Below are positions 38,448 to 46,687 of a stretch of DNA of 64,000 nt, piece after piece; positions within the stretch are counted from its first letter, which is position 1, and every line of letters begins with the position of its first letter. The stretch is from the NCBI GenBank assembly GCA_965222215.1, contig OZ244931.1, positions 2,789,964-2,853,963 of the forward strand, written 5' to 3'. A model generated the notes under the pieces. That model did not search any database. It saw nothing but the letters and a program-made list of their open reading frames with translations, and was not told the origin of the DNA. A program made the translations under genes and the position numbers. The stretch comes from Alphaproteobacteria bacterium. Its GTDB lineage: Bacteria > Pseudomonadota > Alphaproteobacteria > UBA6615.

Positions 38448-39374
38448 TCAATCCATAAGGACGTTCACATGCGCGGCGGTGCAATCCCCGAGTGCCTGGA
38501 GATCGTAGCCGCCTTCCAGCGTTGAAATGAGGCGGCCATCGCATTTTCTCTCGGCGATTTTGCGGATTTCTTCCGTTGCCCAGACGAAATCTTCCGTTTC
38601 GAGCGCCAGTTGCGCGAGCGGATCGCGACGATGCGCATCGAACCCGGCGGAAATCATCACCAGATCGGGCTCGAACTTCGCCATCGCCGGCAACACCACA
38701 TCCTTCATGGCCTCGCGAAACGCCGCGGAGTCCGCGCCCGCCCAGAGCGGGGCATTGACGACATTGTTGTGTGCGCCACGCTCCGACTTGTCGCCCGTGC
38801 CCGGATAGAGCGGCCATTGATGGGTCGAGGCATAGAACATGTCCGGCTCGTCCCAGAACATCGCCTGGGTCCCGTTCCCGTGGTGAACATCAAAATCCAT
38901 CACTGCGACACGTTCCGCCCCGTGCGCGGCGCGCGCGTGCTCGGCCCCCACCACCACATTGTTGAACAGGCAAAAGCCCATGCCCTGCTCGGGCTCGGCG
39001 TGATGCCCCGGCGGGCGAATGGCGCAGAACGCGTTGTCGGCCTCGCCCGTCATCACCGCATCGACGGCATCGATCAACGCGCCGGCCGCACGCAGCGCGG
39101 CTTCACCGGACTTGGGAGACACAATGGTATCGGCGTCGATACGGGCATACCCCTCGGCGGGGATCATGCCGAGGACGCGCTCGACATATGTTCCCGGATG
39201 CGCACGGGCGATCTGTTCCCGGGTCGCGGGTTCAGGCGCATGACGCTGCAACCGTTCGAATTCCGGGGCATCCAGGACACTCGAAACCGTACGCAACCGG
39301 TCCGGCGATTCCGGATGGTTCGGCGAAGGTTCATGTTCGATGCAGACCGGGTGGAAGTAATAGCGTGTGCTCAT
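38448..39374 (-). CDS. histone deacetylase-family amidohydrolase (acetoin utilisation/acetylpolyamine type)
   Basis: Motifs are RPPGHHAE, VAVMDFDVHHGNGTQ and EGGYDLQAL. I chose the ATG at 39374. Confidence 0.9.
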   Translation of the reverse strand: MSTRYYFHPVCIEHEPSPNHPESPDRLRTVSSVLDAPEFERLQRHAPEPATREQIARAHPGTYVERVLGMIPAEGYARIDADTIVSPKSGEAALRAAGALIDAVDAVMTGEADNAFCAIRPPGHHAEPEQGMGFCLFNNVVVGAEHARAAHGAERVAVMDFDVHHGNGTQAMFWDEPDMFYASTHQWPLYPGTGDKSERGAHNNVVNAPLWAGADSAAFREAMKDVVLPAMAKFEPDLVMISAGFDAHRRDPLAQLALETEDFVWATEEIRKIAERKCDGRLISTLEGGYDLQALGDCTAAHVNVLMD

Positions 39375-39588
39375 GTCGGGCTTTCGCGCTGCGCGGATAT
39401 GTCGATTCAATATAGCGCGCGCCGGAGCGGCGGGCACGGGGCGTTTCACAAAGCGAACCGACTGGCGAAGTTGTGAGACATCCGTTTGCGCCTGGCGGCG
39501 TATCCTGATTGACAGATGTATGATTTCGGCGTGTTGTCAGGCCGGTTGAAACGGTGACCGAACCCGCCATGCGGGCAGGAGAGTTGAC

Positions 39589-40902
39589 GTGTTCCAGTTG
39601 AATTCGGAATTGCGGATCGCAGCGTTCGGCTGCGCGTTGGTGGCGCTTGTCGCGAGCCCCGCGGTCGGACAATCGACCGAATTGTCGGACAGGGCAAAGG
39701 CGCTGGACGCCAACGGCAACGGCACGCTCGAACGCGAAGAGGCGCGCGGCCCTGTCGCCGCCAATTTCGACACCATCGACAAGGATGGCAGCGGGTCCCT
39801 CGACGGGGCCGAAATTGCCGCGTTTTTCGGTGGTGGCGGACCGCCTCCTGCGACTGTTGTCGTCGACGAAGTGGTCCGTGAGAACATCGGACAGACCACG
39901 CCGGTCATCGGAAGGTTTGTCGCACGGCAGGCAGGCCCGATCGCGGCACGCATCGGCGGTCCCGTGATCGAGATGAATGTGGATGTCGGCGACCGCGTGA
40001 CGGAAGGAACAATCCTCGCGCGTCTCGACCAGGAGAGGCTGGAACTCGAGCGCGACCGCTATGCGGCGATTGTGGTTCAGCAAACCGCAAATCTTACGGG
40101 AGCCCGCGCGGACCTCGCGAAACGGCGCAACGAACTCAAGCGCCTGGAGGGCATTCGCGACTCGGCCGCGTTCTCGAAGGCGCGGTATGACGATCTGGTG
40201 CAGGACGTGGCCGTGCAAAGCGGACAAGTTGCGGAGACGCAGGCCCAGCTCGCACAGGCCGAAACGCAGTTCAAACGCGCCGAGCGCGATCTGACGGATT
40301 CTGAAATCCGCGCGCCTTTTGCCGGCGTCGTCAGCGAGACCCACACCGAAGTCGGGGCCTACCTGTCGGTCGGTGCACCTGTCGTTACCGTCATCAACGA
40401 CCGGTATCTCGATATCGAGGCGGACGTGCCAACCGCTCGATTGGCCGGCATTGAAAAGGGATCGTCAATCACGCTTCGCCTGGACGACGGCACCACCGCC
40501 AAGGCAAAGGTGCGCGCCATCGTGCCGGACGAAAATCCGCGCACGCGCACGCGACCGGTCCGCTTCACGCCGGAGGTCGAAGGGCTGGACCGCGAATTCG
40601 CCGACAACCAGAGCGTCACCGTTCTGATCCCTGTCGGAAACGTGCGGGCCGCCACGACCGTCGCGAAGGACGCGATCATCGAGCGCGGCGGCAAGATGAG
40701 TGTGTTCGTCGCGCGCGATGGCGCGGCCGTCCCCACACCGGTGACGGTTGGAGACGGCACGGGCGAACGGTTTGTCGTTCTCAGCGGCCTCGAGCCGGGC
40801 GACCGGGTCGTGATCCGCGGCAACGAAGGTCTGCGGCCCGGACAACGTCTGAACATCATCACGCAGGGAAACACGCCGGCGAACGGCCGAAGCGGAGGCT
40901 GA
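39589..40902 (+). CDS. RND efflux periplasmic adaptor (membrane fusion protein) with an N-terminal EF-hand pair
   Basis: After the signal/anchor come two canonical EF loops, DANGNGTLEREE and DKDGSGSLDGAE. The MFP core follows (IGGPVIEMNVDVGDRVTEGTILARLD, coiled coil, IRAPFAGVVSE). GTG start. Confidence 0.88.
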   Translation: MFQLNSELRIAAFGCALVALVASPAVGQSTELSDRAKALDANGNGTLEREEARGPVAANFDTIDKDGSGSLDGAEIAAFFGGGGPPPATVVVDEVVRENIGQTTPVIGRFVARQAGPIAARIGGPVIEMNVDVGDRVTEGTILARLDQERLELERDRYAAIVVQQTANLTGARADLAKRRNELKRLEGIRDSAAFSKARYDDLVQDVAVQSGQVAETQAQLAQAETQFKRAERDLTDSEIRAPFAGVVSETHTEVGAYLSVGAPVVTVINDRYLDIEADVPTARLAGIEKGSSITLRLDDGTTAKAKVRAIVPDENPRTRTRPVRFTPEVEGLDREFADNQSVTVLIPVGNVRAATTVAKDAIIERGGKMSVFVARDGAAVPTPVTVGDGTGERFVVLSGLEPGDRVVIRGNEGLRPGQRLNIITQGNTPANGRSGG

Positions 40903-40906
40903 TCGC

Positions 40907-43900
40907 ATGAATCTGATCTCCAGCTCGATTCACCGGCCCATCGCGGTCATTGCCGTCGTGGTCATGGTCATCATGTTCGGCTGGGTCGCGTTGCAGCGAA
41001 TCCCTATCCAGCTCGCGCCGGATGTCCGCCAGCCGGTCATCATTGTCGACACGTCCTGGCCCGGCGCCTCCCCTCTTGAGGTCGAGCGGGAAATCGTCAA
41101 CCGCCAGGAAGAGGTGCTCAAGGGCATCGAAGGCGTGCGCAAGATTGAAAGCCGCGCACGGACCGGGCGCTCCGATATCACGCTTGAGTTCAGTCCCAGC
41201 CAGAACATGGACCGCGCATTGCTGCTGGTCGCCAATCGTCTGGACCGGGTGACGGGGTATCCCGAGGAAGCCGACGAGCCGACCCTGCGCACCTCGGGCA
41301 CCGACGACAATGCGATCGCCTGGTTCATCCTGACCCGCGCCGAAGGCAACGATCGCGACATGATCACCTACGGCGACTTCCTGGAGGACGTCGTCCAGGA
41401 GCGCATCGAACGGATCGCTGGAATTTCAGGCGTCAATATTTTCGGCGAAACCGAACGCGAGATGCGGATCGTCGTCGATCCCGAGCGTCTGGCCCAGTAC
41501 CGCATGACCGTCGAGGATGTCGTGACCCGGCTGCGCGCCGAGAACGCCTCGACCTCCGGCGGCGACGTCGACGAGGGCAAACGCAGCTACGTCGTGCGCA
41601 CCGATGGTGATTTCACGAATGTGGACCAGGTCTACGAGATTGTCCTGCGTTCGGATGCCGACCTCGGCGACGGCCGTATCGGCCGGATCACGGTGCGCGA
41701 TATCGCCGATGTCGAACTCGCCTACAAGAAGGCGCGGGCATTGCCGCACAAGTTCGACAGCCGTGCGATGGCATTCAACATGACCCGGGAACAGGGTGCC
41801 AACGTCCTGTCGGTCATGGACGCGGTGCATCGGGAGATCGCCGACCTGGCGGAAGGCCCGCTGCGCAGCGTGGGTCTGCTGGTGGAGAACGTTTACGACG
41901 AGACGCTCTACGTCAATTCCGCGATATCGCTCGTCCAGCAGAACATCGTCGTCGGCGGCATCCTCGCCGCGCTGATCCTCATGCTGTTTCTGCGCTCGTG
42001 GCGCCCCACGCTCGTGGTCTCTCTTGCGATTCCGGTCTCGGTCGTCGGTTCTTTCGTGGCGATGGCCGCCCTCGGGCGCTCACTCAACGTTATCAGTCTC
42101 GCCGGAATCGCCTTCGCCGTCGGCATGGTCGTCGACGCGGCGATCGTGGTGCTGGAAAACATCTACCGGCTGCGTCAGGAAGGCCTGTCCCGTTCGGAAG
42201 CGGCCTACAAGGGTGCATCGCAGGTCTGGCCCGCCGTCCTTGTCTCGTCCCTCACGACCGTGATGGTTTTCATCCCCATCCTGATCATGGAACTCGAGGC
42301 CGGCCAGCTTTTCCGCGATATCGCCGTCGCCATATCGGTCTCGGTCCTGCTGTCCCTGCTGGTATCCGTGACGGTCATTCCGGCACTGGCGAACCGGCTG
42401 CTTGTCGGCAGTACGGCCGAGGGCGGCAAACCCATGCGGCTTCCGGTCGTCGATGATTTCGCCCGCGGCTTTGTCGCTTTCTGGCAAAACTTCACGCGCC
42501 TGGTTGTGCGCTCGAAACCGCTCGCGCTGGGTGTCGTGGCCGCCATCACGCTTGCGTCCGCATTGTTCACGGTAAGTCTGGCGCCGAAGCTCGACTATCT
42601 GCCCACGGGTAACCGGAACTTCGTGTTCGGCTTCGTCAATGTGCCACCGGGCTACAATCTCGACGAGGTGAACACGATCACGGAGCGAATTGCCGAGCGT
42701 ACCCGGCCGCTCTGGGCCACCGAAACCGGCCCCGAATCGGAGCCGGGAGCGCCTCCCAAGTTCGAGCGCTTCATGCGGGTGCCGTTTTCCGGCCGGGCGT
42801 TCATTGGCGGGACGGCCACCGATCCGAACCGTGCAGCGGAACTCGGCCCGATTCTTGAGGAGGCCGCCGCGCAGGAACCGGGAACGCGGGCGTTTGCGCG
42901 TCAACCCTCGCTTTTCGGGCGTTCCGTCGGGAGCGGGCGGTCTATCGATTTCGACATACGCGGCTCCGACCTTCAGACGGTTTACGACGTCGCCGGGGAC
43001 GTGTTCCAACGCCTCCAGCAGGTGGTTCCCTTCAGCGAGGGGCATCGCACGCGGCCGATTCCAAGTCTCACCTTGTCGGCTCCCGAAGTGCGCGTCGCAC
43101 CGAACCGGGTTCGGCTCGCCGACAACGGACTTTCCGCGCGCTCCCTGGGACAGTCTGTGGACGCATTCAACGACGGCATTCGCGTCGCCGAAATCACGGT
43201 GGACGGCAAGCGCATCGATCTCACGCTGATGGGGCCGCAGGACATGGTGGGCCAGACCCAGGGAATCGGATCCCTGCCGGTTGTCACCCGCGACGGACGG
43301 ATCGTGCCGGTCGAAGGTCTCGCCGATGTGCGGATCACATCGGGTCCGACGGAAATCCGGCGCGCCGACAGGTCCCGTACCGTCACGCTCCAGATCACGC
43401 CGAACGCCCAGATGCCACTGCAGGAAGCTCTCGAAAAAATCGAGTCGGAAGTCGTCGAACCCATGGAGGCAGAAGGATTGCCCAGCGGGGTCACGTTCCA
43501 CCTGACGGGCACGGCCGACAAGCTGCTTGAGACCTGGAACGAGATGGTCATCGACCTGCTGCTGGCGATTGTGATCGTCTACCTGGTGATGGCCGTCCTG
43601 TTCGAGAGCTTCATCTACCCTTTGATCATCATCCTCACGGTCCCCGTCGCGGCGGCAGGCGGGATCGCCGGGCTGGCGATCCTCAACCTGGGGGTCAATC
43701 AGCCGCTCGACATGCTGACAATGCTTGGCTTCGTCATCCTGACCGGGATTGTGGTGAACAACGCCATCCTGCTGGTCCATCAGACCCTCTATCACATACG
43801 CGAAGACGGACTTTCGGCTGACGACGCCATCATGCGCGCGACCCAGAACCGGGTCCGGCCGATCTTCATGTCCACGCTGACATCGGTCTTCGGCATGCTG

Positions 43901-44080
43901 CCGCTGGTTGTGTTCCCGGGTGCCGGCTCGGAACTGTATCGGGGCCTCGGCTCCGTCGTGCTGGGCGGTTTGTCCCTGTCGGCCGTGCTCACCTTGGCGA
44001 TTGTGCCGCCTATGATGTCCATCACAGTCGGCTGGCGCGAACGCGGCGATAACACGCCACCCGCGGCCCCCGCCGAATAG
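40907..44080 (+). CDS. RND efflux permease (AcrB/AcrD/AcrF family)
   Basis: 1057 aa with 12-TM RND architecture. Begins MNLISSSIHRPIAVIAVVVM, with GIAFAVGMVVDAAIVVLENI and the C-terminal half GFVILTGIVVNNAILLV. Confidence 0.95.
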   Translation: MNLISSSIHRPIAVIAVVVMVIMFGWVALQRIPIQLAPDVRQPVIIVDTSWPGASPLEVEREIVNRQEEVLKGIEGVRKIESRARTGRSDITLEFSPSQNMDRALLLVANRLDRVTGYPEEADEPTLRTSGTDDNAIAWFILTRAEGNDRDMITYGDFLEDVVQERIERIAGISGVNIFGETEREMRIVVDPERLAQYRMTVEDVVTRLRAENASTSGGDVDEGKRSYVVRTDGDFTNVDQVYEIVLRSDADLGDGRIGRITVRDIADVELAYKKARALPHKFDSRAMAFNMTREQGANVLSVMDAVHREIADLAEGPLRSVGLLVENVYDETLYVNSAISLVQQNIVVGGILAALILMLFLRSWRPTLVVSLAIPVSVVGSFVAMAALGRSLNVISLAGIAFAVGMVVDAAIVVLENIYRLRQEGLSRSEAAYKGASQVWPAVLVSSLTTVMVFIPILIMELEAGQLFRDIAVAISVSVLLSLLVSVTVIPALANRLLVGSTAEGGKPMRLPVVDDFARGFVAFWQNFTRLVVRSKPLALGVVAAITLASALFTVSLAPKLDYLPTGNRNFVFGFVNVPPGYNLDEVNTITERIAERTRPLWATETGPESEPGAPPKFERFMRVPFSGRAFIGGTATDPNRAAELGPILEEAAAQEPGTRAFARQPSLFGRSVGSGRSIDFDIRGSDLQTVYDVAGDVFQRLQQVVPFSEGHRTRPIPSLTLSAPEVRVAPNRVRLADNGLSARSLGQSVDAFNDGIRVAEITVDGKRIDLTLMGPQDMVGQTQGIGSLPVVTRDGRIVPVEGLADVRITSGPTEIRRADRSRTVTLQITPNAQMPLQEALEKIESEVVEPMEAEGLPSGVTFHLTGTADKLLETWNEMVIDLLLAIVIVYLVMAVLFESFIYPLIIILTVPVAAAGGIAGLAILNLGVNQPLDMLTMLGFVILTGIVVNNAILLVHQTLYHIREDGLSADDAIMRATQNRVRPIFMSTLTSVFGMLPLVVFPGAGSELYRGLGSVVLGGLSLSAVLTLAIVPPMMSITVGWRERGDNTPPAAPAE

Positions 44081-44123
44081 GTATCTCGCGTTCGCCGGGC
44101 CGACGAACTACCATAGGTTCACC

Positions 44124-44822
44124 ATGACCGGGTCCGACCACAGCCTTGCCGGCGTTCCGTTTCTCGAACCGCTCGACAATTCCGCGCGAAAATCGCTGGA
44201 ACAGCGCGCGCGCTGGATGCGCCACAAGCCGGGCGAGACGATCATCGACCGTGAGAGCGAATCGCGCGATGTCTATTTTGTCGTCGAAGGCAGGGTCCGG
44301 GTGGTCAACTTCTCCCTGTCCGGCCGCGAAATCAGCTTCGACGAGATCGATCCCGGCGGCGTCTTCGGCGAATTGGCCGCGCTGGACGGACAACCGCGTT
44401 CGGCCACCATCGTGGCGCTGGCGGACACGCTCGTGGCATCGGTCTCTCCGGACACGTTTGTGAACATGCTCCGCGATCATCCGGATATGGCCATCGGGCT
44501 GATGCAGGAGCTGGCGAAGATCGTTCGCGCCTCGACGGGGCGGATCATGGACCTGAGCACATTGGGCGCCCACAACAGGGTCCATTCGGAAATCCTGCGC
44601 GAAGCGCGCCTCAACGCGGACGACGAATCCAACGAGGCACGCATCACACCGATCCCGGTGCATGCGGATATCGCCGCGCGGGTCAGCACCACGCGCGAGA
44701 CCGTGGCACGCGTGTTCGGCGATCTGGCCAAGCAGGGCCTGGTGAAACGCGAGAAGGATGCGCTCGTCGTCCTTGATCTGGAACGCCTCGAAGATCTCGT
44801 CGACGAAGTTCGCGACTTCTAA
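44124..44822 (+). CDS. Crp/Fnr-family cyclic-nucleotide-binding transcriptional regulator (CRP-like)
   Basis: The cNMP pocket is FGELAALDGQPRSATIVA. The C-terminal HTH recognition helix is TTRETVARVFGDLAKQGLV. This keeps the R-E-x-x-x-R residues that read TGTGA in E. coli CRP (RETVGR). Confidence 0.9.
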   Translation: MTGSDHSLAGVPFLEPLDNSARKSLEQRARWMRHKPGETIIDRESESRDVYFVVEGRVRVVNFSLSGREISFDEIDPGGVFGELAALDGQPRSATIVALADTLVASVSPDTFVNMLRDHPDMAIGLMQELAKIVRASTGRIMDLSTLGAHNRVHSEILREARLNADDESNEARITPIPVHADIAARVSTTRETVARVFGDLAKQGLVKREKDALVVLDLERLEDLVDEVRDF

Positions 44823-44862
44823 ATTATTGAATTTGCTGGGAAACGAAAGTTTTTCGACCGCT

Positions 44863-44878
44863 TGTGACGCCCGTCACT
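44863..44878 (+). promoter_or_regulatory. CRP-type box TGTGAcgcccgTCACT with a class II promoter geometry
   Basis: It lies 41 nt after the crp-like stop. TACGTT sits exactly 21 nt downstream (44900..44905). The 19-mer TGTGACGCC(C/T)GTCACTGTG recurs at 50693. Confidence 0.65.
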
Positions 44879-44955
44879 GTGGAACGGAACCTTCGCCCCT
44901 ACGTTATGGGTGCGACGACGGGATGTCGTCCAGCACCGAGCGGAAGGGAGAACCC

Positions 44956-45051
44956 ATGTCACGGCAAACACGCATCAACCTGGCAGCACTGATTTTGGCG
45001 CTGCCCCTGGTCGTCGCGATGGTTGAAATGACACTCCCCTCAGGGCTCTAG
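44956..45051 (+). CDS. micro-ORF encoding a single-pass membrane peptide (31 aa; 42 aa if started at 44923)
   Basis: A strong GGAAGGGAG RBS lies 6 nt before the ATG. The peptide is MSRQTRINLAALILALPLVVAMVEMTLPSGL. It lies downstream of the CRP box and upstream of a terminator hairpin. Not in the track (<60 aa as a stand-alone ORF). Confidence 0.45.
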   Translation: MSRQTRINLAALILALPLVVAMVEMTLPSGL

Positions 45052-45102
45052 CTTCCCTCGGCGCACACTTCGCATTCATCCCAACCTCCTCCATGGACTT
45101 GC

Positions 45103-45136
45103 GGCCGGTCTCTCACGAGACCGGCCATTTTCTTTG
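45103..45136 (+). terminator. rho-independent terminator
   Basis: Stem GGCCGGTCTC, loop TCAC, stem GAGACCGGCC, followed by ATTTTCTTTG. The T-tract is present only on the + strand. Confidence 0.75.
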
Positions 45137-45146
45137 TCCAGAAAGG

Positions 45147-46667
45147 TCAGAATTCCCAGCGGCGGCTCACGCCGACGGCGAAGCGGTAGTTGTTGTAGGA
45201 GAAGTTCGTGATGTTCGAGAGTTGGCGGTAGGCCTCTGCGCTCAACGTAAACGTCAGGTCTTCGAGTACCCTCGGCACATCGTCGCCGATCGCGGACACC
45301 GGAATGCCGTAGGTCAGCCGCAAACGGCCGAACTTGTCGCTACGCGTGTCGGTGGCAACCGACGGGTCGTTCCGGTCGTACCGGTCATGTCCGATCGTCA
45401 GCGACGTCAGCAGGAAGTCCCCATCCTCGAAGAGCCAGGTGTGCGTGGCCGCAAGCTGGTCGCGGTCGAAAGAATTGAACGCGCGCGAGGCGATCGTGCG
45501 GCCCCGGGTAAAACTCGCGCGCAACCGCTGGGTCGTGTCGAGTACCTGGCTGAAACCCAGCTCGAACTGATAGCTGCGCCCGCTTCTCTGGGTGGCCGTC
45601 GTGTTGCCGGTGATGTTGTTGTAGTACTGGTACTTTGCCTGGGCTTTCCCGAAGACGCCAAAGGTGTTCGAGACATCGCGGTTCCAGTCCAGCGATGCAC
45701 CCTTGGCGACCAGGTACTTCTCACGCGACAGCAGCACGTTTTCGTAGAGGATACGGGGCGTGAAGGTGTCCGGCGCGAAGTCGAGTTCGAACCCGAAATC
45801 CGCGCTGATGGCCTGCAGGTCGAGATCGTCCTGCTGGATCTGCTCACCCTGGTAGTAGACCACTCCGCCGACCATCATGTGGCGCTTTTGCGCACCGAGA
45901 TCGTGCTCGAAGGACAATTGCGCCAGCCCGTTGATCGAGAGGTCGTCGATCCGCGCCGACGTCCCGGACGTGCGCGTCGGCAAACCGAATGCCAGCCGGG
46001 TCTCGGACTTCGGGGACGCGTTCCGGTTCCAGTCATACTGGCCCGAAAGGTTCACGGCGAAGACGAACTTCGTGACCTTGCGGCGATTCTGGATTTGTTC
46101 GAGATAGCGGTCGATCTGCGCGCGCAGGTCGTCCGGCATGTCCAGTTCGCGGACCGCCAGAAGCTCGCGCTCGGCTTCATCCAGGTTGTCGAGGCGGAAC
46201 AGCACAATGGCGAAAAGCACGCGCACGGTCGCCAGATCGGGGCGGATCAACAGGATCCGCTCCAGAGTCGCGCCCGCTCCGCGCACATTTCCTTCGCGAA
46301 TCTGAGTCAGCGCGTAGCGAAAATTCAGATCGATATTGTCGGGGTCGGCCAGGACCTGCTGATAGGTCACTGCGGGGCCGTCACCGAATGTATTCAGGTC
46401 GAGGGCGTCTTCGGCCGCACGGTCGATCTCTTCCGTGCGTTCGATTTCTTCCTCGACCTCGTCGCCACGCTCCTCGACGCCCGTCTGCTGGGCAAGCGCC
46501 GGCGACGCCAGAAATCCGGCGATCAGACAGGCCAACCCGAAACTGCCATACCGGACGCGCCAGCCGAAAGCCGGCGCGTCTCCTTGCGAAAGGAAAACCA
46601 GTGAATGCCCCCAAGATTGAACGGGAATAAAGCACGACGGATCGCGGCGGAGCAAGCAAAGGCGCAT
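45147..46667 (-). CDS. outer-membrane protein: N-terminal TPR region plus C-terminal beta-barrel (tentatively DUF560/Slam-like)
   Basis: Hydrophobic signal segment ends ...GLACLIAGFLASPALAQQ. A TPR-like helical region follows (LNFRYALTQIREGNVRGAGATLERILLIRPDLATVRVLFAIVLFRLDNLDEAEREL). About 310 aa of alternating beta pattern then start at FVFAVNLSGQYDWNRNASP and end SNITNFSYNNYRFAVGVSRRWEF, with a terminal aromatic. It sits 20 nt downstream of the cyclase gene. The exact start is uncertain. Confidence 0.7.
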   Translation of the reverse strand: MRLCLLRRDPSCFIPVQSWGHSLVFLSQGDAPAFGWRVRYGSFGLACLIAGFLASPALAQQTGVEERGDEVEEEIERTEEIDRAAEDALDLNTFGDGPAVTYQQVLADPDNIDLNFRYALTQIREGNVRGAGATLERILLIRPDLATVRVLFAIVLFRLDNLDEAERELLAVRELDMPDDLRAQIDRYLEQIQNRRKVTKFVFAVNLSGQYDWNRNASPKSETRLAFGLPTRTSGTSARIDDLSINGLAQLSFEHDLGAQKRHMMVGGVVYYQGEQIQQDDLDLQAISADFGFELDFAPDTFTPRILYENVLLSREKYLVAKGASLDWNRDVSNTFGVFGKAQAKYQYYNNITGNTTATQRSGRSYQFELGFSQVLDTTQRLRASFTRGRTIASRAFNSFDRDQLAATHTWLFEDGDFLLTSLTIGHDRYDRNDPSVATDTRSDKFGRLRLTYGIPVSAIGDDVPRVLEDLTFTLSAEAYRQLSNITNFSYNNYRFAVGVSRRWEF

Positions 46668-46687
46668 AGGCCTAAGCTACTGAACTC

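Noticed and set aside
39500-39535. TTGACAgatgTATGAT upstream of the RND adaptor gene, considered as a sigma-70 promoter.
   Set aside because: The -35-like and -10-like hexamers are only 4 nt apart, which is incompatible with a functional promoter. The nearby TGACA/TGTCA inverted repeat is short and unsupported.
42080-43795. Long antisense ORFs in the signalling and efflux region: 42080..43795, 45093..46604, 47885..49054, 49102..49908, 50978..51976, 55158..56327, 60470..61726 and 63022..63966.
   Set aside because: Each is antisense to a gene with clear RND, OMP, cyclase, FecR-like, flavoprotein, DUF3179 or OYE motifs. None has a motif or plausible RBS of its own.
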